Under the pieces are notes generated by a model. It was not told where the DNA came from. It did no database searches and worked only from the letters and a program-made list of their open reading frames with translations. A stretch of 64,000 bases of DNA, from positions 128,001-192,000 of the forward strand of contig CBDCYI010000005.1 in the NCBI GenBank assembly GCA_965224085.1, written 5' to 3'. Below, piece by piece: positions 30,974-40,581 of the stretch; the stretch's first letter is position 1; each line of letters opens with the position of its first letter. Made by a program: the position numbers and the translations under genes. The DNA comes from Candidatus Marinacidobacterales bacterium (GTDB lineage Bacteria; Acidobacteriota; Vicinamibacteria; Marinacidobacterales; SMYC01).

Positions 30974-31540
30974 ATGAGATTCGAAGTCTTGGTCTTGACC
31001 ACCGTGCTTGGGACGGTGAGTGCGCCGTCCACAGGGGCGGGAGCTCAAATCGACCAGAAAAAAGCGCCCGCGCAGCAGATCGAAGAGGCGCTGAGCGCAC
31101 TGCCGGAATCGATGCGGGAGGATGCCACGGTGGAAGGCTTCGACGACAGTGGGAACTTGGTCGTGCTGCGCGAAGGCTCGAGCTCCATCACTTGCCGCGC
31201 CGACGATCCGGGCGTTCGCGCATGGATCGTTCATTGCTATCGGAGGAGCTCGAAGCGTTCGTAGCGCGGAGTGAAGAGCTGAGGAAAGAAGGTGTGGATA
31301 CGCCCGCGCGTATCAAAACGCTCGCGTCAGAAATCGCGTCCGGGGCGATCCAGCTTCCCGACATCGCGGTCGTCTACGCACGCCAGGGGAACAGCGTCGA
31401 TGTCGCGAGCGGCATCGTCATCGCGCACGTGCCTAACGCCACCGGCCGCTCGACCGGGCTTCCAACGTTGCCGACGCGGGTCACCGTGGCTGGCGGAAAC
31501 GGGAACCCCGATGGCGAACATTCGCATCGCCGTACGTTGA
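30974..31540 (+). pseudogene. Secreted hypothetical protein with two apparent frameshifts
   Basis: Signal peptide and GGAG RBS; coding sense continues across about 31240 (HCY to EELEAF) and about 31475 (to GSPWLAETGTPMANIRI). Confidence 0.55.
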
Positions 31541-31590
31541 CTAGCCCAAGAAGCGGTGGTTAGGATGGGGGTGACGGACTTGGAATCGTC

Positions 31591-32232
31591 ATGAAGAAAA
31601 CTAAAGTTTTGTTGGCGGACGATCACACCATCGTTGCGGAAGGATTGGCGAGCTTGCTCGAGCCGGATTTCGAGCTCGTCGGCCGCGTCGATAACGGACG
31701 GGATTTGCTGCGGAAGGCGGAGGAGCTCTCTCCCGATGTCATTGTAACGGACATCTCGATGCCGCTTTTGAACGGGATCGAGGCGCTGCGTCAGCTGAAG
31801 AAGACCAAGCCCGACTTGCGGGTCGTTTTTCTTACCGTTCACGCCGACGTGTCTTATATTACTGAGGCGTTTCGCGCCGGCGCCTCCGGCTATGTGCTCA
31901 AGCAATCCGCCGCGGAAGAGCTGCGCTCGGCGATCAAGGCCGTGCACGAAGGCCGGACGTACTTGACGCCTCTCATCGCCAAGGACTTCCTGAACGATAT
32001 TCTCGACGCGGACGAGGGCGTCGACAGCGTCACCGTTACGTTGACGCCCCGCGAGCGTGAAGTGCTTCAGCTGCTCGCCGAGGGTCGCTCGGTCAAAGAG
32101 ATTGCCGCGATTCTCGACATCTCGCCGCGCACGGTCGAATTCCACAAATACAACATCATGGAGAAGCTCGGCCTGCGAACGACCGCGGAGCTCACTCAAT
32201 ATGCCATCAAGCATGGCGTCGTATCGGTCTGA
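31591..32232 (+). CDS. NarL/LuxR family response regulator
   Basis: LLADDH, TDISMP, GYVLK, LTPREREVLQL...TVEFHK. Confidence 0.93.
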   Translation: MKKTKVLLADDHTIVAEGLASLLEPDFELVGRVDNGRDLLRKAEELSPDVIVTDISMPLLNGIEALRQLKKTKPDLRVVFLTVHADVSYITEAFRAGASGYVLKQSAAEELRSAIKAVHEGRTYLTPLIAKDFLNDILDADEGVDSVTVTLTPREREVLQLLAEGRSVKEIAAILDISPRTVEFHKYNIMEKLGLRTTAELTQYAIKHGVVSV

Positions 32233-32317
32233 GATATAGCTATCGCCTATTTCCGTACGGCTCGAAGCTCGCGCGTCCAATTGAGCCCGAGGCAGACGTT
32301 TCCGCGGACACGTTCGC

Positions 32318-32359
32318 TGTGGAAAACTCCAACAAGTTGTGTGGAAAACCTGTGGAAAG
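32318..32359. promoter_or_regulatory. Cluster of DnaA-box-like motifs
   Basis: TGTGGAAAA at 32318 and 32340 (fit TGTGNAWAA), TGTGGAAAG at 32351. Confidence 0.5.
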
Positions 32360-32929
32360 CGGCGTCACTTGAGTGACGGCGGAGCGACATTTGGACGTGA
32401 GAAAAAATTCAGGATTTCGCCCAGGGCCATAGTGCGGATCGGAAAGACCGGTACTGAAGATATAGAGGCTTCGAAGCAATCCGCTTGGGCGCTGCCTGCC
32501 CCGTGAGCCAGGGTGCCCTCGTCGCGTCGAGTCGCCATGTGTGTCTGGACACAGTTGAAACGACGGTGGCGGTTCGCCGACACGGTCAGCCGAACCACGA
32601 TACCGCACAAATGCAGACTTTTTCGACCCTCCTTGTTTGCGCATGATGCGCGCAAACACTTCGAGACACTTTCGAAGTCTCCATAAACGTTGGGACATGA
32701 TTGACGCTTCGATGACGTAAGCAGAGACGCACCGCTGGCGGTGCTTGAAACATTTTGCGACTTGCTTCAAATAACCTGTAAAGGAAAAAGAGGAGCCGAC
32801 ACGTTTTTTCAAATGTGTCCGGAGCGACTTTGTCCGGACGAAGTTGGCGTTTCGCGACAACTGGATCCGAGTGCGAGGCGGCGGCCGTTTTTGCTGGCGG
32901 GGGACATTGCTGGTAGTCTGGGTCGAGCG

Positions 32930-33166
32930 ATGAGCACTGAGAATGACACACAACAGTTGGAGCGCGCGATCGATGAATTGGTCGACGAGTATCGCCACCA
33001 GTGTCTCTGGTTCCTTCGCTCCGATTTCTATCCGAAGACGGTCGACCAGAAGCTGCGTACACTGAAGTACATCGAGCGGTACGGCGATCGCACGGCTTAT
33101 CGCAAGGCGGCTGAGGTCCGACAATGGCTCTTACAGAGTTCCAACGAGACGTCTGCCGGCTGCTAG
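32930..33166 (+). CDS. Small putative antitoxin partner
   Basis: 78 aa with CLWF...YIERYGD motif; overlaps the downstream NTase gene. Confidence 0.7.
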   Translation: MSTENDTQQLERAIDELVDEYRHQCLWFLRSDFYPKTVDQKLRTLKYIERYGDRTAYRKAAEVRQWLLQSSNETSAGC

Positions 33167-33942
33167 CGCAGAATAGAGTCGCCGCCGGCGAGGCCTATCT
33201 TGCCGGGGGCGCTACGCTCAACGAGCTCATCGCGTCGTCTCGGATTTCGCGGGATGTCGACCTTTTCCACGATACCGAGGAGGCTTTGGCGGCCACCTGG
33301 GAGGCGGACCGGCGCCTGCTCGAGACCAGCAGATTTTCCGTCACCGTGCTTCGGGAACGCCCCGCGTTCGTCGAGGCGAGCGTCGAACAGGGTGACGCGT
33401 CTGTGCTGCTTCAATGGGTGAGGGACAGTGCTTACCGTTTTTTTTCCCTCGTCGAGCACGAGGAGCTAGGACTCGTGCTCCATCCGTTCGACCTTGCGAC
33501 GAACAAAGTCCTTGCGCTGGTGGGTCGACTGGAAGTCCGTGACTGGGTCGATGTGATCGAGTGCGACGCCGCGATACAACCTATGGGCTACCTCATGTGG
33601 GCAGCATGCGGCAAGGATCCCGGCTTCAGCCCGGCGGCGATTCTGGAACACGCCGGACGATCGGCGCGCTACTCTGCAGATGAGGTCCTGGAGCTATCCT
33701 TTGCCGGCGACCCGCCCGATCCTGGCGAGCTATCGAAGAGATGGCATCACTTGCTCGACTCCGCCGCGAAAGTGATCGAGCTTCTTCCCGCAGAGGAGGC
33801 TGGCAAATGCGTTCTCACACGGAAAGGTGCTCTCTACCGCGAAGGCGTCTCAGAGCTACGGGAGGCATTACGTCGCGACGAGATCGTGTTCCATGCGGGA
33901 TGCATTCGCGGTGCCTTTCCGCGTGTCCTCGACGACCGATAA
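33124..33942 (+). CDS. AbiEii/AbiGii-like nucleotidyltransferase
   Basis: YLAGGATL, RISRDVDLF, NKVLALVGR, RDWVD. Confidence 0.8.
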   Translation: MALTEFQRDVCRLLAQNRVAAGEAYLAGGATLNELIASSRISRDVDLFHDTEEALAATWEADRRLLETSRFSVTVLRERPAFVEASVEQGDASVLLQWVRDSAYRFFSLVEHEELGLVLHPFDLATNKVLALVGRLEVRDWVDVIECDAAIQPMGYLMWAACGKDPGFSPAAILEHAGRSARYSADEVLELSFAGDPPDPGELSKRWHHLLDSAAKVIELLPAEEAGKCVLTRKGALYREGVSELREALRRDEIVFHAGCIRGAFPRVLDDR

Positions 33943-33957
33943 GGCAAGACCGGCGAA

Positions 33958-34362
33958 TCAATACTCCACGCTCAGCCGAAATCGAACTCCGGCCGCTTCC
34001 GCGGCTTCGAGCACCGCGCGCATCGCGTGGAGACCATCGCGGATGGCCGCGGCCTCTCTGACTTCGTCGGGATTCTCATCGAGGAAGTCTTGGATGGCGC
34101 GCACCACCTCGAGGCCGCTCGCGCAGGAAAACCAACGTCCCGTCGAGTCACCAACGGTGGGGGCGTCGAATTTCATGTCCGCGGCAAGCGTTTCCGCTTC
34201 GGCGTGCGAGAATGCGACGAACTCGCCGAGACCGGGAAGACCCATTTCATGCGCCGCTGCGTCCAATGTGTGACGCTCGGCAGCGAGCGCGCGCCCGTCG
34301 ACTTGACGCGGGTCGATCCCGTCGAGCTCGCGCTCCAAAACGACGACATATCCGAGTCCCAA
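33958..34362 (-). CDS. Hypothetical protein
   Basis: 134 aa, GGGAGG RBS before TTG, protein-like composition. Confidence 0.65.
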   Translation of the reverse strand: MGLGYVVVLERELDGIDPRQVDGRALAAERHTLDAAAHEMGLPGLGEFVAFSHAEAETLAADMKFDAPTVGDSTGRWFSCASGLEVVRAIQDFLDENPDEVREAAAIRDGLHAMRAVLEAAEAAGVRFRLSVEY

Positions 34363-34381
34363 ATGTTCCTCCCGATGATGG

Positions 34382-34579
34382 CTAGTCCTCTACCGGGGCA
34401 CGGCGTTTGAGCTCCTCCGCCCAGTTGAGAACGAGGTGGAGCCGCGCCGGTCCAGACTCGCTCTCACCTTCGACCATCAGGAAGCGCTGGCCGTCGGGCG
34501 ATACGTCGTAGATTGGTGCAAAGACCCGCCCAGAGACGATCTCACATCGGCCCAGTCTTTTTCCCGATGCGAGCGTCAC
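34382..34579 (-). pseudogene. Collapsed Ser/Thr kinase-PD40 gene (about 15 N-terminal aa fused in frame to about 45 C-terminal aa)
   Basis: MTLASGKRLGRCEI joined to YDVSPDGQRFLMV...LVLNWAEELKRRAP. Confidence 0.75.
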
Positions 34580-34690
34580 AACCGGCAAATGATGTCACAT
34601 TCGATCGCGACGTCAAACAGAGCGCTTTACGAATCTGGAGGTTCGTCTTCGCGATGCTCAGGTCGGCAGGATCGAATAGGATAAGCGGGT

Positions 34691-35665
34691 ATGAAACGCT
34701 GGCTGCTGGCTCTATCGCTCGTCCCGCTCGGGGGCTGCGCCGATTCGGGTCCCGCCGGTCCTACGACCGTTAGTCGGGATCTATCCGCGCCGGCCGCATC
34801 TTTCGGCTTCGTTGCTGGTACGAGCTTGAGCTTCGTTTCTGGGGAGACCGGTCAGCCCGTGCCAGGGGCGCGCGTCGTGATTGCGGGCCGCGATTTCGTC
34901 AGTGACGGCGCCGGTCGGGTCTTGCTCTCGGAGCTCGCTTCGAACGGCGCGACGGTGGATATCCAGGCAGACGGCTTTCTCGATAGGAAAACGCTCGTGC
35001 GTCAAAGTGAGGTCACCATCTTCGAGCTCTGGCCTTCCGATAGCCCCACCCGGATGGACGCGGACTATTCGCGCGCTCTCGTTTACGATAGTGCCACGCT
35101 CGAGAGCGCGGGTGCGCCCGAGCCCATGGATCGTCCCAGCCTCGATACTCCTCGTGTGACCTTGATAGCGGACGGCGTCCTTGCAGGCGACGAGCGCGCG
35201 ATGGTCGCCCTCCGGTCCGCTGCTCTCGAGCTCACCGACGCGCTTCGAGGTGCAATCGTTTACAACGTTGGCGACGATCCATCGGCGATGCCCGTTGCGC
35301 TCACGGTCGAGCCCCAGAATCCGCAGATCGTTTCGGAAAACCTCAGGGCCCTGACCCGCTGCTGGCGCTCCCGTCTCGTCATCACGCGGTGCGAGATTGT
35401 TTTCAAATCGGTCGAGGTCGCGCGCTCGGACACTGCGCTACACGAGCTCGGGCACACGTTCGGCCTCAACCACTCTCCGGACCGGCGCGAGATCATGGGG
35501 GTGCGCCGCCTCGCCGCGCCCGAGCGTTTCTCACCACGCGAGCGGCTCGTAATGGCGATGATGTTGAAACGGCTTCCCGGTAACCTATTCCCCGACAACG
35601 ATCGACAGGCGCCTGCCTTACGGGTGTCGCAAAACGTCAGCACGGTGGTATGTCGGCATCCTTGA
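34691..35665 (+). CDS. Metzincin (matrixin-like) metalloprotease lipoprotein
   Basis: Lipobox LGGC; HELGHTFGLNH and Met-turn EIMG. Confidence 0.85.
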   Translation: MKRWLLALSLVPLGGCADSGPAGPTTVSRDLSAPAASFGFVAGTSLSFVSGETGQPVPGARVVIAGRDFVSDGAGRVLLSELASNGATVDIQADGFLDRKTLVRQSEVTIFELWPSDSPTRMDADYSRALVYDSATLESAGAPEPMDRPSLDTPRVTLIADGVLAGDERAMVALRSAALELTDALRGAIVYNVGDDPSAMPVALTVEPQNPQIVSENLRALTRCWRSRLVITRCEIVFKSVEVARSDTALHELGHTFGLNHSPDRREIMGVRRLAAPERFSPRERLVMAMMLKRLPGNLFPDNDRQAPALRVSQNVSTVVCRHP

Positions 35666-35695
35666 GCCAGGTTTCAAGGGTTCAGGGGACGTTGT

Positions 35696-36410
35696 TCAAT
35701 CCTTCCTTCTTGCTGTGAAGGCTATTCTTCCTTCGAGGAGTTTCTTGTTGCCGTAGGTTCGGCTCGTCTTTGCTTCGAAGCCTTTGACGTCGAGCTTTCT
35801 TAGCGCTTCGGCGCGACGACACAGCTCTACTTCGTGGACTTCGGTTTGACTGTCGGTAGGCTTTGCCTATTTTCCGGAAGGTTGTGATCTTTCTCCTCAG
35901 CAACCTGTGCCTCGAGTGGTCTTCGACCTCCATCATCAGAGCCCAGTCTTTGCCTTCGAAGTGGCGGCGCGCGCTCCAGCTCGGTCCGAGCTCCGGTAGA
36001 TCGAATAGGAAAAGGCCGCCTGGCCGGAGAGCGTCGTACACCCGTCCGAACAACGTATCGAGGTCTCGAGCGCTGTCGGAGCAGTAGCTCAGGACCTCGC
36101 CGATGGCGGTGACGGCGTCGCATTGAGGGAGCTCGGCTCGGTACAAAGACACAACGTGAAAAGGTGCCGAGGGGACGCGCCGGCGCGCGTACTCGATGAG
36201 CTTCGAAGAAACATCGAAGCCCACGACGTTGTAGCCGGCTTGCGCGAGCCCAGCTAAGAAGACGCCGGCACCGCAACCGAGATCCACGACGCCGCCGGAA
36301 TCGACACCGGCATCTCGCAGGATCGTGACCACGCCCATCGCAGCGTCGCTGGCGAAGCCGCCAAAGGCGACTTCCTGGATGTAGGCGAGGTCGGTACCGT
36401 AGTGGGTCAA
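35696..36410 (-). pseudogene. Class I SAM-dependent methyltransferase with a frameshift near 35848
   Basis: VDLGCGAG, GFDVS, LRPGGLFLFD; natural C-terminus EVHEVELC...AFTARRKD* lies in another frame. Confidence 0.75.
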
Positions 36411-36598
36411 GCGTTCCAGATTTCTGCAAGCACCCGCTCGAAGTTGCCGCCCAAAACGAGCTCGATATCCCGATCGCTATAGCCGCGCCGGATGAGACCT
36501 TCCTTCAGATCGAAGACTCGCTTGGGGTGTGCGAGCGCGTCGGGTAGGAGCGGGAGGCTTTTCAGAAACTCGCGTCGGGTTCGCGATTTCGAGGTCAT
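36407..36598 (-). pseudogene. Collapsed membrane dipeptidase (M19): Tat-signal start fused to the C-terminus
   Basis: TRREFLKS joined to GLIRRGYSDRDIELVLGGNFERVLAEIW. Confidence 0.75.
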
Positions 36599-36680
36599 GG
36601 GACGAGATTGTCACCCAATTCGGGCCAGGAGCCAAGCCGATTCGATGGCAACGCGGGGCACGGGTTGATATCCTCATCGC

Positions 36681-39120
36681 GTGTTCTGTCGACGCACGGA
36701 CCCCGGAACTGCTCTCGCCTTCCTCTTCTTGCTCGTGACGCCAGCAATCGGCCAAGAAGCCCCGGAAACGCCCGCTCAACCGGAGGCAGCACCGGTCGCG
36801 ATCCCTTTGGCGGTTGTCGCGCCTCGGGCGGAGGAGCTCGCCGCCAACTTGCGCCGTATCGAAGCGCTCCTCGAACCGAGCGTTGAAGTGGCTGCCATCG
36901 AAGCCGTGGTGTCCGCGCAGGCCGACACCTTCGTCGAGCTTCGGCGTGAGCTCGATGACCTCGACTCCTCCGAGGTCTCGGTGCGCATGCTCGACGACCA
37001 TCGCCTGGCGTGGTCGGAGCAGGACGCGATGCTCGCGGACGGGCTGTCTAGGCTGCAGGAACGGTGGCAGAGTCTTACGCATGAAGGTGAAGAGCTCGAT
37101 GAGACGAAGCGTCGATGGATCGCGACGCGGGAGAGTGCGATCGCCGAGGACGCGCCCACGGAGATGCTCTCGCATATCGATACGCAGCTCGAGAGGATCG
37201 CTGAAGTAGAAGCGAAGCTAGAAGAACGAGGCGTGGCGGTGGCCGCTGTGCTCGCCCGCGTGTCGCGCAGCCGGGAGATTGCGCTCGAAGGCCTCGCGCG
37301 GCTCAGCGACTTCGCCAAAGATATCCGCCAGCGTTTGTGGATCCGGGACGCCCCACCGTTGTGGAAATGGACGGTCTCGACAGAAGGGAGCTCGCTTTCA
37401 GAAGAAGCCGAGAACGCGCACCGCTACTGGCTCGACACGCTCGTCCACTTCGTGAGCGCCCGGCAAGGACCATTCTTGTTTCTAGCCGCTCTCTTCCTCG
37501 GCTTTCTTCTCGTGGGCGAAGTCGCTAAGCGCCGCAGCAGCACTTGGCCCGCCGAGAACCATGAGCTCGACGCCGCGCGATTCGTTGTCTCGCGGCCCAT
37601 CTCGATGGCGGTCGCGTTCACTTTGGCTCTAATGGTTTTTGTTCTGAACAACCCGGCCGGGCCGATTTCCGACCTTATCGTGCTCGTCGCGATAGCACCT
37701 TTCATTCGTCTCGGGACGGGCCTTTTCGCTCCGATAGCCCACTCGGCGCTCTACAGCTTCGGAGTCCTATCGCTCCTGAATCGATTCTGGACGCTGACAC
37801 CGGATGGCTCGTTCCTGCGCCGGCTCTTGCACTTCGTCGTCACCGCGCTCGCCCTTGCCGTTGTCGGCTGGCTGATCGCGCGCTGGCGCTCGGCCGACGA
37901 GACGAAATCGAGTCGTTGGTGGTCGTTCGCCTGGATGCTTCTCGCGACAGCAGGCGTGACGCTCACTGTCTCCTTGATTGCTAACTTCCTCGGATGGACC
38001 AATCTTGCACTCGGGTTGACGGATAGCACGATCCAGGCCGGGTTTTCCGGGATCGCGTGGACGGTTGTTGTCCTGGCACTCAGAGCACTCGTGCCGGTCG
38101 TGGCACGGAGTCAGCTCGGGGTGACGCTACCGAGTCTTTCGCGACACAGCGAGATGTTCACGCGCGCTACGTTTAGAATCGCCGCCGCCTTGGCGTTTGT
38201 CTTCTGGACCCGAAGCGTGCTGCGCTTACTTTCAGCTCCTGGAGCCGGCCACGGAAAAACTTACGACGATGCTCACGGCGTCGGTGTCGTTTGGGGGCCT
38301 CGAAGTTTCGGCGGGTCGCGTGTTGGCGTCCATCTTCATTTTGGCGGCGACGTGGCTTCTGGGACGCACGGCGCGCTTCGTACTTCGTGAAGAGATTTTA
38401 CCCCGCGTACGCTTGCCGGAAGGTGCCGATCACTCGGTCGTCTCGATCATCAACTATCTGATCTGGGGCAGTGGGCTCGTTCTTTCGGCGGCGGCCGCGG
38501 GTCTGAGCGGCACCCAGCTCACCGTCGTCTTCGGCGCGCTCGGTGTCGGCATCGGATTCGGCCTCCAGTCGATCGTCAACAACTTTGTCTCCGGGCTCAT
38601 CTTGATTTTCGAGAGACCGATCAAGGTCGGGGACCGCGTCCAAACGGCCGACTATTTCGGTATCGTCACCGGCAACGGTATCCGGGCGAGTACGATCCGG
38701 ACATTCGATGGCGCGGATGTCGTCGTCCCCAACGGGGATCTCGTTGCCAAGGAGTTCGTGAATTGGACCCGCACCGACCGGACGCGACGAGCTGAGGTAC
38801 TCGTCCGTGTCGCGCTCGGTACCGACCCCAAGCAAGTGCTATCCATCTTACAACGCGTGGCGGAGCGGGAGAAGATTTTGGCAAACCCCAAGCCTACCGC
38901 CTTGATGACGGGTTTCGGCGAAAGCTCGCTCGATTTTCGTTTGCTGGTGTGGACGCGGATCGAAGACTACATGACGGTGGCGAGCGACCTGCACGTTGAA
39001 GTCAATGACGAGCTTAAGCGCGCCGGCATCCGCATCCCGATCCCGCAACGAGATCTTCACCTGCGTGCGGCCGACAGCGAAAAACTGGAGGATGTGGTCG
39101 CGGAACCGACGAAGAGCTAG
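36681..39120 (+). pseudogene. Large MscS/MscK-type mechanosensitive channel with a 1-bp frameshift near 38226
   Basis: Periplasmic coiled coil and TM region; GIGFGLQSIVNNFVSGLILIFERPIKVGD, VPNG, FGESSLDF, IPQRDLH; removing one T gives a continuous ORF. Confidence 0.85.
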
Positions 39121-39241
39121 CGCGGAAAGCTGCCTTGCGGACGCAAGCCATCCGGCCCGCGGCGGGAGCAAGGTCGCTTGGTGTACTGAGTGGTGGCAAT
39201 CTGAATCTTATCTGCTCAACGAAATATGACGTGGAACTAGA

Positions 39242-39568
39242 ATGGTCAGCATAGTCGTCTTCGTCACGATGCTCCTCGCCGTAACGGTCGCTTCGATTCG
39301 CTCGGCGCATTGGAGACGCCGTCTTCCCTTTGTCGGCGCGGCCGCCCTCGCGTTGGGAATAATGGTGTTCGCCTTTTTCGTTTTCGCGCCGAAGGACTAT
39401 CTCGTGCGGTGGCCTTCTCTATCCTCCTGGTTCCATCCTTTTCAGCTCGTCTGGTACTCCGGTCTTCTGTGCCTCTTCGGCGGCGGGATTCTCCTGGGCT
39501 CGGCGGTCAGGCGAGTGTTTCGACCGCATGGCAGCGTGCGTTCTCGCGACACAGAACTGAGAGGCTAG
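39242..39568 (+). CDS. Small hypothetical membrane protein
   Basis: 108 aa, three hydrophobic segments. Confidence 0.5.
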   Translation: MVSIVVFVTMLLAVTVASIRSAHWRRRLPFVGAAALALGIMVFAFFVFAPKDYLVRWPSLSSWFHPFQLVWYSGLLCLFGGGILLGSAVRRVFRPHGSVRSRDTELRG

Positions 39569-40581
39569 GGCCGCAACGAGCTCAGCCCGACGAAAGCGCC
39601 GCCGTTGTCGCGGCACAGAAGCCGCATCAGTGTCGCGAAGCGAACGCCCGTGTTCTCCTGAAAGCCGATGCGCGAGAACATGACGGGAAAGCCGATGGAA
39701 TGGATGCGCACGAGTCGATTGCCGTTGCGGTCTTTCTTGTTGATGCGGTCCACCGTGTCGACGACGGATTCCATCGAATCGCCCGTGAACTCGTCGCCGA
39801 AGACGTAGAGGCTTATTTTCTTGTTCGGGGAAGCGAAGGCGCTTATGGCGCGGGTGATCCCTTCCACGGGGCTCGAGTTGCTGAACGGGGCCCATCCGCG
39901 CAGTCGGTCGAGAATGATGCGGCGCCGGCCCGGAGTATCGGGGATCCATTTTCCGGAATAGTTCCGGAACATGTATTGACCCATATCGTTCATGACCTGG
40001 ATGCCTTTGACCTTGGGATAGACGTTCAGGACTTCTTCCATCTTCTTCACGACGAGCGGCCATGCATAGTTGTGCATGCTTCCAGAGGTGTCGATGATAA
40101 AGATGATGTACTCGCTGTCTACGGGTATGCCGCCAATCGTCGCATCGGTTTTGGGGCGACGATAACTTCGTCCGAGAAGCCTCTGCATCTCGGCGGTGAG
40201 CTCTTGCTGGGCGGCGAGAAGGCGCCCTTCGACGATATTGTTGATCTCCGAGAGCTGCTCGGTGGCGGCATATTCTCCTTGGATTTTGGAGAGGTCAGAA
40301 CGGAGGCGCGCGATGGCTTCGCGCTCGGTCGATACTTGCTCGACTTTCGTTTTCAGATCCCTCTCGAGGACATTGGTCTCGCCGCGGATCTCGTAGAGCT
40401 CTTCTTGAAGCTTGGCTACGAGTCCCTCGAGCTCCGTGCGAATGTCCTCTAGGGCTCGAGGCTCACCAATCTTCGTGAGCACGAGAAGCAGAATGATCGC
40501 GCCAAAGCCACAGCAGATGACGTCGAGGAAGGAAAGACTGAAACCGTCGAAGTTCCGGTTTCTTTTTCTAATGGTCTTCAT
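39565..40581 (-). CDS. Membrane-anchored coiled-coil vWA protein
   Basis: RKRNR...FSLSFLDVICCGFGAIILLLVL anchor; MIDAS IIDTSGSM; ATGA overlap with upstream gene. Confidence 0.88.
   Translation of the reverse strand: MKTIRKRNRNFDGFSLSFLDVICCGFGAIILLLVLTKIGEPRALEDIRTELEGLVAKLQEELYEIRGETNVLERDLKTKVEQVSTEREAIARLRSDLSKIQGEYAATEQLSEINNIVEGRLLAAQQELTAEMQRLLGRSYRRPKTDATIGGIPVDSEYIIFIIDTSGSMHNYAWPLVVKKMEEVLNVYPKVKGIQVMNDMGQYMFRNYSGKWIPDTPGRRRIILDRLRGWAPFSNSSPVEGITRAISAFASPNKKISLYVFGDEFTGDSMESVVDTVDRINKKDRNGNRLVRIHSIGFPVMFSRIGFQENTGVRFATLMRLLCRDNGGAFVGLSSLRP

Noticed and set aside
32318-32359. Replication origin
   Set aside because: Only three boxes, no dnaA/dnaN/gyrB context and no clear unwinding element; kept only as a DnaA-box cluster
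32410-32470. Possible c-di-GMP riboswitch
   Set aside because: Lacks the GCAAA and paired GNRA/receptor signature; stems weak
32240-33124. 294-aa minus-strand ORF over the non-coding island
   Set aside because: Arg/Ser-rich composition without motifs, and overlaps the antitoxin-like gene on the other strand
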